This document shows, piece by piece, positions 1-10,291 of a stretch of DNA of 37,467 nt. Location of the stretch: positions 154,633 to 192,099 of the forward strand of contig WELA01003053.1 in the NCBI GenBank assembly GCA_009602735.1. The letters are read 5' to 3'. How positions within the stretch are numbered: the first letter of the stretch is position 1; the number at the start of each line of letters is the position of its first letter. Origin of the DNA: Mesotaenium endlicherianum. Its lineage: Eukaryota. A program made the position numbers and the translations under genes. The notes under the pieces are model-generated. The model searched no databases and had not been told where the DNA came from. It saw only the letters and a list, made by a program, of their open reading frames with translations.

Positions 1-267
1 CCCCGCGTCCCCCGGTGTCCCCCCGGTGGCCACACATCACCCGAACACACATACAAATCATCAGTCATTAGTCTTCATCACCACCCTCCTCAGATTCCCT
101 CGGCCCTCCCTCTTGTTCACACACCAGTCGGGCATGCGTATGATGGTCCGTCCAACCGTCTTCGCCTTCCCGGTCTTTCTTGGGCCCTCTCCTCTCGCCA
201 CACACACGTCCCAGGGGAACAGGAAGAAAGCCCCAACAGCCGAGCCGAGTGAGGGGAGGGAGTGTAC

Positions 268-331
268 CGTCGTCGCTGTTGATGTCCAGCATGCCCAGGG
301 CCACCAGCGCCTCCACGTTATTCTCGTCCAG
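268..331 (-). CDS. CTR9: CTR9 exon 7
   Basis: LDENNVEALVALGMLDINSDD then donor GTACAC. Confidence 0.9.
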
Positions 332-3300
332 CTGTCTCACATGCACTCATATGCATGCAACGCATATACAAGAAGTAAGGTACACGCACTGCACCCTTAT
401 CAACACGTATATGCTTTACATACATATAGATATATACAGGCACATTTGAATATTCATGTGCTAATGGCGCACTTCACAAGCAAGCAAGCGAGCTCAAAAC
501 ACCAGGTAGAAATCTGAGTGCTCAAGGGACAGGGGCAAGGAGGAAAGGAGGAAAGAAATGATCAAAACTTCTCCTTTGAGTAAGTTAGCTGCGAGCACGT
601 CACGAGAATCACCAGAGGCACGTGCAAGCGTCTTAGCTCGATACATGGTGCCCTCCTGTGGCAGCTCGACACGTGGCGGAGGTTCCCCTTGCCATCAAGC
701 AGAGCTTTGTGTGCACACGCAGCAAGCAAGGGGCGCGCAAGCAGGCACGAGTCGGGACAGCGTTTGTGAGCTCCACAGCTTGAGGCAAGAGGCAGGGCAG
801 CGCAGAAGAAGGCCAGGCCCAAAATGGAAGGGGCACGACAGGGCGGGGGGTGCGGTGTAACACAAGAAGGGTGGCTGAGAAAGACAGAATGGCAGGAAGG
901 GCCGGCGGGCTGGTGGGTGCAGGGGGAAGGGGCGCAAGGAAGGGGCAGTGAGGAGGGGGAGGAGAGGACCTGCAGCACGCGCTCGAAGGCCTGGCGCGAC
1001 TTGGCGGCGTGGAACTCGCGGCGCGCCTTGTCCGAGAACTGCATGCGGTAGTGGCATAGCGCAATGCCCACCCTCACGGCAGCCGGGCACCGTGGGTGCC
1101 TCCGCAACACCGCCTGAACGCACATCCCGCAAGCGAATCGCAGCAAGCATTTTACGGCCACGTCCCATCAGAACCCAGTTCCCCCCCGTCAAAATTCACT
1201 CGCCCCCCCCAATCCCCCCCCCNTGGGATAGGGCGTCCGAAGGAGCACACGTCGCCAATGTAGTGCTACATGATCACTTTATCAATCATCCCTGCATTCC
1301 AATGTAAGCCTCTCTCTTTTGCACAGCCGGGGGGGGCAGTAGCAGCAGCAGCAGCAGAAAGAGGAGGAGGAGCTACTCATGATGGCGCTACTCGCTTGCT
1401 CCGCACACTCGAGAACTCACAGATGCGTCGAGAGCGGGCTTGATTGGGCCGAACGCCGCGGCCAGAAAGACACGGCCCGAGGTCCACCGCACGTTCGGCC
1501 CCCGACCCCGCAAGAGCAGCAATTGAGGAGGGCTGGCGGGGGGAGGGAGCAGTCCAGTGTGGCGAGTACCTTGTAGAGCTCCAGGGCCTCCTTGTACTTC
1601 CCCTTGTTGAACTGCGCGCACGCCTGCCCACAGACAGAGACAGACAGGCGTGATGGACGTACATATATAAGCGCGTATAAAGAGTGCGACGTGAGCCACT
1701 TGAGGCTCAAGCCTTGCCCGAGCCAATGTGAGATACTCCACAGGAACCCAGCGTAGGAGAAGTACAGGCACACACTCCACTGCGTGGGCACTTCAGTTCT
1801 TTCCAGAAATGAGCGCGCAATATCCCTCCCTAGCCCACAGATATTCCCTCCGCAAGGCGTGAAGCTCCTCATCAAAATGCTGCCCCCCCTACGAAACCAC
1901 CACTGGCACCACGACGGTCACGTGCTGGGGGTGCACAAGACCGACTGCTCCTTCGGGGCTCCGGCTCCGGCATTAAGAACGCACGTCAGGAACAAATGCC
2001 CATGTGAAGCGTCGAGACGATCCTGACAGACGAAAAAGAGCAAGCGCAGCCGCGAGCAAGCCCATTGTTTGGCAGCCTTGGAATACTTCACCTCCCCCTC
2101 CCTCCCCCTTGTCCCCCCTCCCCACACCCCCTCTTGAGAGCACAGACAGCAAGGCAACTCATAAGCCCGGTGATGTGCTTGATTGCAGGCCCTAGGGTCC
2201 CCCAAGGGTCCAAGAGCAGAGGACAGGCGCTGAAAAACATCCCCGTGACGGTCAATGCCCCTACGCCCCCCTTGTGTGCAGAGCCTACTCCCCTGTGCTC
2301 TCCTGCAGGATAGCTCAAGGCCAGCTGCTTCCAGCGCGCTCCCTTTTTGTGCTCCCTTCTTAGCAGCTCCCAGCCTTTCTCGTCCAAAAAGAAAGAGGAC
2401 GACGCTCCGCATGCAAGCAGATGGAACTGACTCGGAGCAGACATCGCTCGCGTGGGTCGACTGCGGGGTGCACCGGGGCATGCGCTGCTGTCGTTGAGCC
2501 TTCTGGAACTAAACCCCGACCCCTGAATGCAAGTCATAACTGCCGAGCTGTCGCTGGGACTTGAGGCTTGCGGGTACATGACGAGCTAAGTTCTTGGGAG
2601 GGCTGGGAGGGCTTTAGGAGAAGGGTTTTAGGGCAGGCTTGGTTTGTAGTGCAGAAGTGCTGTGCGGCTGGAGATGGTGCCACGTGGCAGGGCACAGCAG
2701 CAGCAGCAGCAGCAGCAGTCGGTACCTCGCCGAGCAGAGCGGGCACGTGGTCCTTGTGCTCCGCCAGCACGATGCGGAACATCTCCAGCGCCTGGTCCAG
2801 CTCGCCCTTCGCCACCTGCAGCTGCCCTGCTCCCGCCCGCAAGGCATCACAAGAGCAGAAGAGACGCTTAGCTGTTGCTCACGTGGTATCCCCATCTGCG
2901 CTGTTATGCACACATGGTTCCATCTTCACGTCTACACCCGACGAGGGCCCTCAAGGGCTCTTAGGCTCCTGCTAATCTTCCAGTGAGACACAAACCCCCA
3001 CCCACACACTCTACCCCTCCCCCTCTCCCCTCCCGCCCCCTCCGGCGGAAAATGACAGCCAGCCATGTGGCGAGCAGCATGGCTTGTCGTGGCGACCATG
3101 CATGTAGAAGGAGGCATGAAGGGGCGACCTGTTTTCGAGTGACATCTGTCAGGCAAAAAACGCTCCCCCGCTCAAAACACACAGGCAGAAGTTGTAACAT
3201 GATGCCTTTTCACACAGCTCAGCAAGCACCCTGCAGCTGACACCTGCCCCTTCCGAGCGGTGGCCATGGTGGCTCACAACGACCCCGGGCTACAGACCGT

Positions 3301-4605
3301 TGCTTGCCACTCTGCTACCGTTGCACACCCTGCAGAGTGCGGAATGGCGTAGGGTACGGGCATGCATCAGGAGGGCTTTATCTGGCAGGAGGAGGTGGTA
3401 CTGGTGTGGATGAAAGGGCCGAATGCAGCATGCCGGAAGAGAGGGTGGGGCAAGCAGGGGGCCTGGAGGACTGCTGATGTGGCGAGCTGCAAGGGGACAG
3501 ACCTTTGCCGACCCATGTGGTGAGCTCCCGCCGGTCGATTCGGGCGGCCTTGTTGTAGAAGTCGACGGCTTTGATGAAGTACTCGTCCTTCTGCCTCTTG
3601 CTGGTGCGGCCCAGGCTCGTGTAGTAGGCGCCCAGCGCATTCAGGATGGCGATGCGATCGTACTTCACGTCGGCGTAGAACTCCTCCACCTCTGCACCTC
3701 CACCCAGGGCGACAAGGCTCGCCGGTCAACAGCTGCCCGGAGGGCTCACTCTTAAGGTCCTGTGATACTTGACGAAGGGCTCAAGGGCTCAAGGGCTCAA
3801 GGGCTCAAGGGCTAAGGGGCTCAAGGGCTAAAGGGTTAAAGGGTTGAAGGGTTGGAGGGCTATTCCAGCGAGAAATGGGACTTGGGGGCGAGGTGCGAAC
3901 CTGGGCTCGACCCTTCCTGAAGGAACTCCAGAAACTCGCTCACTTTCCCTTGCTTGAAGTACTCCCTCTGCACCAAAACCAAAAAAATGTCAGACAAAGT
4001 GGAACTTCAGGGGCCACGTCACATGCACTCTTGCCGGGGCAAGGCTGAAGCCAAAATAATTGGACCAAGGACCAAAAACAAATAGCTAACTCATCGTGGC
4101 TCAAGTCTTTGCCCTTGCCTAGCTTCAAACTGTCTCTTCTCTTCTCAGAATAAGTTTTACCACCAGGATACAGCCATATACATTATCTCGTGGGAGTTCT
4201 CTCGCTGGCTTTGAGCCCTCTTTCCTGGGGCTCTAATCACCACTGGGAATGCATCTAATTGCTGTTGTTGCAAACGCAGTCAGCTACTCAGGAAACTCAT
4301 TCCACGTCTTCTATTCCACAAGATATTCTGCACTGCAATGCGAACTGATGAAAGGAGGCCCAAGAGATTTTTTTGACAAATTCCGGAAGGCACATTGTGG
4401 TTCTCATAACAGCAGCTGGGGTGCTGGAAGCGAGTCCTATAAAACTTTTGCAACGTACCGCAAAGGCGAGCCAAAGGTCCAGAGGTGCCTGTTCAGCCTT
4501 CAGCAAATCAAGGACATCATTGTGGTCTGGCAGGTTATTAAGATCAACTTTCACTTCTTCCTCGGAGTCCCTGACCGGCACATATATGGCATCAGCACTC
4601 GCCAT
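268..4605 (-). CDS. CTR9: RNA polymerase-associated protein CTR9 (PAF1 complex TPR subunit; plant VIP6/ELF8), 5' part with 7 coding exons; continues left of the window
   Basis: Exons 4605-4459, 3967-3901, 3691-3503, 2826-2726, 1623-1570, 1113-970 and 331-268 all have GT-AG introns with consistent phases. They splice to MASADAIYVPVRDSEEEVKV..LKAEQAPLDLWLAFA/REYFKQGK..EGSSP/EVEEFYADVKYDRIAILNALGAYY..TWVGK/GQL..VPALLGE/ACAQFNKG..LYK/..CPAAVRVGIALC..RQAFERVLQ/LDENNVEALVALG, colinear with the recalled N-terminus of Arabidopsis VIP6/ELF8. Confidence 0.95.
970..1113 (-). CDS. CTR9: CTR9 exon 6
   Basis: AVLRRHPRCPAAVRVGIALCHY...RQAFERVLQ; 144 nt. Confidence 0.92.
1570..1623 (-). CDS. CTR9: CTR9 exon 5
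   Basis: ACAQFNKGKYKEALELYK; 54 nt, phase 0/0. Confidence 0.92.
2695..2718. repeat. (CAG)8 intronic microsatellite
   Basis: Read directly; lies just after the exon 4 donor. Confidence 0.9.
2726..2826 (-). CDS. CTR9: CTR9 exon 4
   Basis: GQLQVAKGELDQALEMFRIVLAEHKDHVPALLGE (TPR). Confidence 0.93.
3503..3691 (-). CDS. CTR9: CTR9 exon 3
   Basis: EVEEFYADVKYDRIAILNALGAYY...TTWVGK; AG/GT boundaries. Confidence 0.93.
3775..3861 (+). repeat. Degenerate telomere-like 8-mer array (AAGGGCTC grading to AAAGGGTT) in CTR9 intron 2
   Basis: About 11 GGG-containing units read directly. Confidence 0.85.
3901..3967 (-). CDS. CTR9: CTR9 exon 2
   Basis: tgcag acceptor; REYFKQGKVSEFLEFLQEGSSP; GT donor, phase 1; not shown in the ORF track. 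Confidence 0.92.
4459..4605 (-). CDS. CTR9: CTR9 coding exon 1 (49 codons)
   Basis: ATG at 4605; ...KAEQAPLDLWLAFA then donor GTACGT. Confidence 0.93.
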
Positions 4606-4809
4606 ATCTACGCCTGTATGTTAAATTGCCTCTGGGCTCTATGAAAGTCGAAGTCAGCTGCTCATTGCAATTCCTGTCGACACAGCAACATCGACAAAAT
4701 ATCGTGTCTCCCGGGAGCACTTTTCATGCAGTATTTATTTCACGAAGAAATAATGAGGAGGAAAAGTAAGCCACTCATCCCTATGACGTTTGATCCAAAA
4801 TTCTCGAGT

Positions 4810-4843
4810 AAGATGGTCTCGTTGCTAAGATGGTCTCGTTGCT
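4810..4843. repeat. 17-bp perfect tandem duplication upstream of CTR9
   Basis: AAGATGGTCTCGTTGCT x2. Confidence 0.85.
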
Positions 4844-6261
4844 AGCTCTTCTACTCCTTGCATGCTGCAAGTGCTGACTTGAAGCTGGTTGTCAGAAGTC
4901 AACTGCCGACAGTCGCGTTGCAACGATATACCGGACTTGACCGAACTAGCTTCCCCGATTTAGTGCAATGCATTGCCCAGTCTAGCACAGCTGTCAATGG
5001 GTCACGCCTGTGCTCTCCAACTTTTTGATTTGCATGACCGTGATGCCTTGGAGCTGTCAAATCCGGGCAACCAAAACAATTACCACAAAAGCGCGCTGCA
5101 CCTCAATGCAATTACTATAACAATTGAGCTAGATGGAAATATATTATGAGAAAACCTATGGCCGTGGACCGCTGTTGTCAAGCTGTGCCTTCTCAGGTTT
5201 GATGGCTCCCTGGTTGTTTTCATTATGTGAAGTTAAGAACTCAATTATCTTCCCATTTTTAACTGTGCTATTAATTTCCATAAGCCCTATGGTTTCTTGA
5301 CTGACATTTCTGAGTTTATTTGATGTCAGTTGTTTGGACTCCCTGCTGTGGGCTTATGCTCAACTGGGCCAAAAACAATTGTTCTGCTAATCTTGAATAG
5401 CGCTCTTTTAACAGGGAGCTTCTTGCGCATGTTCTAGCAGGAGAAGGCTGGATGAAAGAGTGCTGTGAGTCCTCAGGACCTTTGATCATGTTCGTACCTT
5501 TGTTGTACTAGCTATAAGCCAGCCTCTCCGTGGAGAACTGAGAACCCTACCAAAACGCATTACAGGAGTGGTTAAAGACTCGTAATATACATTCAATTGT
5601 GCCATGCAGGAATAGCTCCTTGCACATCACACATGTCAAATATATTATAGTGCACTTTAGCTCTCGCAGTAAAGTTGGTCCTGAAGTTTTTGGGAGTTGG
5701 GCTATATTAGCACATAGTAAGTAGGTCTTGTCTTTGGTCTTATTTTTGGTCAGGGAAAGAGAAATCACTGCTGAGTTCGCCAATTGAAGGGCATTGACTG
5801 GATAGTTCCATCTAAGGTCTTCAGAATGGATAATGTTGGGCTTTGAACATCAATTCATGGGTAGGCTTTGACTCTGAAAAAGTCACCGCTTTGATCTGAA
5901 GGGCCAAGGCAGATAGGAAGCACGTACATGGCCCACTTGACACAAAACTATTTAATCTTTATCTGGCCAATCATATGACTGTATTTTACAGAGGGTTCTA
6001 GAATGTGAAGGGTCAAGCCTAGTCAAAATTGTCACTAGAATTTTAGAATTCTTGGTCAGCAGGATGACTTGTACGAGCACTGTCGAGAGGACTTATGTCT
6101 AAGAATGTGCTCCCAGCCCGCACATAACCCACTTGGCAACCTTCGACCATCTCGCCTGAACCAATTCTTTCTGTTACGATGTAAACAGAGCCCCTCTCAC
6201 TCTCCCTTTCAAGAGCCTTGGTGGCAAGTTGGCAACACCCGCAGCTGATCTCCTGCTGGTC

Positions 6262-7700
6262 ATGGACAAGACCTCGAGCATTCCGGATGAGGTTCTGCTG
6301 CAAATCCTGCGGCGAGCCCGCACCCATAGGTGGCAATATAGCAACCAAAATAGGAGATCGTTGGAGTCCGTGTGCCGGAAATGAAGAGACCTCGTGCAAA
6401 GCAGCTACACGTGCGCAAAAATTTGTAGCCGAGCTCAGGGTGCAGACCTTGACCCCAGGGCGCTGCTAATCCTCCCGAACGTGACAAGTGTCGAGATGTC
6501 GTCTCACCAATTTGGGGTGGGGAAGCTTCTGAGAGCACTTGCCATAGTGAACATGCCTCGGCTAAAATCCATCCGTTTTTCGGTGAACCTCGACAAGGAA
6601 GAGCTTCATGGTCTGGCCTACTTCCTTATGAGGGCGACCAGCCTGAAGAATGTGAGCCTCAAGGTTGACAAAGACTCAGTCAGGTCCCGGAGCACCCCCT
6701 GGCAAGTGAAGCACGCCTGCCTGGAGGGCCTAGACTTCGGGAGGCTCACTCGTCTCGAGAGTCTGACAATCGACTGCCAAGAATTGTATCTTGAAGTTGA
6801 TGACGTCGGTCTACCTGACGAGTGCTGCTTCGTCCCCCTGATCTGCACCATCGTCAACCTTCAGCAGCAGCAGCTAGAGCAGGAGCTCGCAGCCGAACTG
6901 GAGTTGTTCCGCCTCACATTGCCAAGCGAGGCCTTGGCGCAGGTGCTGCCTCCATGGTTGGACGAGCTCGATCACTTCTCCAATTTGTCAGTAGGCAGCT
7001 TCAAGGACACCCCCACTGTTACTTCCAATGCCAGCAGGCAGTTTTTCAACTCCCTGGCAGCCATAAGCTCTTTAGAAGAGCTCTATGTGGTCGTCAAAGA
7101 GGGTACATTCGACGCGGCGCAGCTGCGGGGAATAGCGAGCTGCGGGGGCTGGCGACGCTGGAGCTGCGCGTCGACAATGGTCCTCCTTTCAAGCTGACCT
7201 GCCCCTTTCTCTTCTTGAGGACGCTTGATATCTGCCTGCACAATCATGGTTCTTTGGCAATCCAGCTGCACCCCGACTTGTTTGCATCCATGCCCAACCT
7301 GTGCTCTCCGAAGCTTAATTCGTTACAGGCGCCGACGTGGGTGAACCTTGCCCCCCTCGCGCGACTCAAAAATCTGTAGTTAGAATTCGATTCAATACAG
7401 TTTGGTGAGGAGCAGGCTCCCCAGGCCCTCTGGTGTGACGTGGGTGGCCTGCCAGCTCTACAATGGCTGCGCATCGACAGGTGCGAGATGCTGCCGCTGG
7501 TGGAAGGCCTATTCACCCTCGGCCACGACGCAAATCTCAGCTTTTCCTGGTACTGTCGGCAGGATGGACGGGCAACCCCGCTGATCGAAAGCTACGCAGG
7601 GTATGTAAAATCAAGATGCGTGCGACAGCCACGTGCCAGGGTTAGAGAGCTGTTTGACAGGGCCGGCGGACGCCAGGTGGCACCAGAGGCACTTGAGTGA
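6262..7700 (+). pseudogene. Intronless F-box/LRR-like pseudogene, copy 1
   Basis: From ATG 6262: MDKTSSIPDEVLLQILRRA...RSLESVCRK*RDLV, an F-box motif with TGA at 6382 where the conserved W is expected. In frame with ORF 6394-7197 carrying LxxLxL repeats (LTRLESLTI, LKNVSLKV, LEELYV). Frameshift near 7140; TAG at 7377 (CAG in the paralog); terminal stop 7700. Confidence 0.8.
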
Positions 7701-8556
7701 GCAGCATCTCAAGCAAGGTGATGCTGTGGGCGTGTGGGGCGTAGAGGAGGTAGCCACCTGCCACGCATGATCTGCACAGTTGCAACTTTTGGCCTCCTTG
7801 TCACTACTGGCAGTCAGGGGAAGGGTGGCCAGGGGATGCAGGGGTGCAGGCGGGAGAGGCAAAAGCAAGGGGGTGGTTTGCTGCTGAATATTGTGGTCAA
7901 GGACCTTCTCCTTGATGTATTTAAAGTTGTGAAAGTAATTTTGACTGTTCCGGCTATCCCTACAGCAATGATCTTAGATAGGTGTTGGTGCTAAAATCGT
8001 AGTGTGATGCACTTTCTTTAGCCAAGGTGCAATGCACGTGGGATCTTGTTGCATTTGTGGAGCTAGATAAGGACGCGTGGGCACAGGCCCTAGCTGGCGG
8101 ACCGTCATTTATTAATTGCAACCATGGGACGAGTCTCTTTCCTCTCCCTATGCTACCTACAATGGCTCAAGCGTGGTAGCTATGATTACATGAAGGCTGT
8201 CATATTCCGCTATATGCTTCCTTGAGCCGAACTCACGTTAGGTGGCGCGAAAAGTCACCGTGTGACTTCCTCCAAGACTCATCAGCTACGTACTTGTGTT
8301 GACACGCTTAGATGCATACGTAGCAGGAGTATCTATAGTAGCAGAGTTGCTTGACTTCCATGAGAATATGGCCCAGCTGCGAGCTTATTTAATGTGTAAT
8401 CCACTCGCATCATTATGCCAAAATTGCAGGTCATATATCCAACCAATTATGTTTCGACCAACTAGTAAGCCGACTTCCTCTACTTGCAGTATGTCAAAAA
8501 CCAATTGTGAATAAGGTCCTGCACCTAATTGACGAGTGTCAATTTATCACCTTACT

Positions 8557-9058
8557 TGTAGTAATTTGAGTTATAATATATTAGTTTGCATATATTTTAA
8601 TGCTTTTGAATATATTTGGAGTAGTATTGTGATCAGTCAAGTGTGAATAGATACTCTAGTGACTTGGTTCATGTCCTTTGAACCTTCTAAGGCATTTTCG
8701 AAGTTAGAGGAAGGACCTAGAATAACACCATGTAGCAAAAGTCAAATGTGCCATTTTTAGGTCAAAAGGACATGTCTACATTATTCTAGAAAGAGGTGGC
8801 AAGTTTTGGGATGTGTTGGGTGACAACACATCAACATGCACCTTCCTAGAAACTACTTATGTAGAAAGTATATAAACAAGAGCTAGGTCAAAGAAAGACA
8901 TTCAGAATCACTCTTGTACGTGCCAAAATCCAGAGATATATTAACTTTCAAGAAGCCATCTCTCTTTCAAGAAGCTACCACTTGTGTTCAAAGATCCTTG
9001 TCTTGAATAGATAAAGTATTATATTTCACTAAGTACTTTATCTATCTGTTTCACTACA
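8557..9058 (+). repeat. A1 5' LTR
   Basis: TGTAGT...ACTACA; matches 14688-15182 and the inverted A2 LTRs. Confidence 0.93.
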
Positions 9059-9059
9059 G

Positions 9060-9071
9060 TGGTATCGGAGC
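9060..9071 (+). promoter_or_regulatory. A1 primer-binding site (tRNA-iMet type)
   Basis: TGGTATCGGAGC, 1 nt after the LTR. Confidence 0.9.
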
Positions 9072-9095
9072 TAGGCACTTTGGTAGCACAAGAAG

Positions 9096-10291
9096 ATGGC
9101 CGATCCTCAAGACCAACAGCAAGCTTTCGAAGGAAGCCCTTCCTCTCCAAGAGACCCTTCTCCAGCGCCGATGGGAGAGCCCACTCAAGAAAATCTGAAG
9201 CACCACAAGGAGGAGCACCGTCAAATCCCGTGGCAGCCGCTATAGCAAAGTTGACCCCACCACAAGGAGTTCCCGCAAATGAGTGGGCAGCTTCCTAATG
9301 ACCGTCCACAACCAAGTGGGCTTGGCCACCATTGAAGCAACCGTGCAAGCGTCAAGAGAAGCTCTGGCTGCCATGGTTGCCCCTATTGCAAGCAACGCTC
9401 GAAATCCAGTCCCGGCTCAAGCGCCTCCACAAGAGCCTACAAGAGCAACGAAACTCATCAAGCCTGGCAAACCACACACTTTCAATCCTGGGAGAGGAGC
9501 CATTCTGAATCTGTGGCTCTACCAAGTGGAGGCGTACCTCACATTCCTTGAAGTACCTGAGGAGTACCTACGTCCCTTTTGCCGTTACTTTGCTCAGAGG
9601 AGCAGCAACATCATGGTGGCGCAACTATCAAGTGGCTGTATATCAAGCTGTGGCGCACCCCGTACCCGGCCAAGAGCCCCCATCATCATATGCAAGATGG
9701 GTGGATTTTCGTGAAGCCTTCTAGAAGCAATTCATGCCCATCAATGCGGAGAAAATTGCTCGAGAAAAGTTTTGCCATCTCAAGCAAACAACGTCCGTTC
9801 AAGAATATACATCCAGATTTCATGACCTCACTCTTGAGATCCCCAACATGTTGCTCAAGGAGAAGATTGATCGTTATGTGTCTAGCCTCAAGCCCAAGGT
9901 GGCAAAAGAAGTGGAATTACGCGACTTGACGAACTTTTCAAAGATTATAGAAGTGGCTTAAAAGGTGGATACCTTGGATTTCAAGCACTCCGTGCCTTCA
10001 TCTTCACGGACACCAGCGACGCGGGTGTACGCAGCCCCTTCCACACCTGAATCTGGACCCACACCCATGGAAATTAGAGTTACTAAAAGGGACCCCGCGG
10101 CTGCCCGGAAGAGTGGAAGACCCTCCAGAAACACTTATGATGCAAGAAACCAGCAAGGAGTGAAAGGAAGACTCTCCCCGGCTGAAAAAGAAGCTCTGAT
10201 GACGGCTAGACTATGCTTTCATTGTAAGGAGAAGGGCCATCGTGCACTCTCATGCCACAAAAAGTTGTCAAAAAACGGACAGCGCCGGTAG
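9096..10291 (+). pseudogene. gag: A1 gag (frameshifts and stops)
   Basis: Colinear with A2 gag; capsid-type motif [14 protein letters not shown]; zinc knuckle [14 protein letters not shown]. Confidence 0.9.

Noticed and set aside
26..4644. Many overlapping 60-200 aa ORFs in the CTR9 region
   Set aside because: GC-rich intron or antisense frames; the real coding parts are the short CTR9 exons.
8000..8556. Small ORF 8296-8514 and spacer DNA flanking A1 (also 15183-16100)
   Set aside because: No recognisable domain, repeat or terminal structure by eye.
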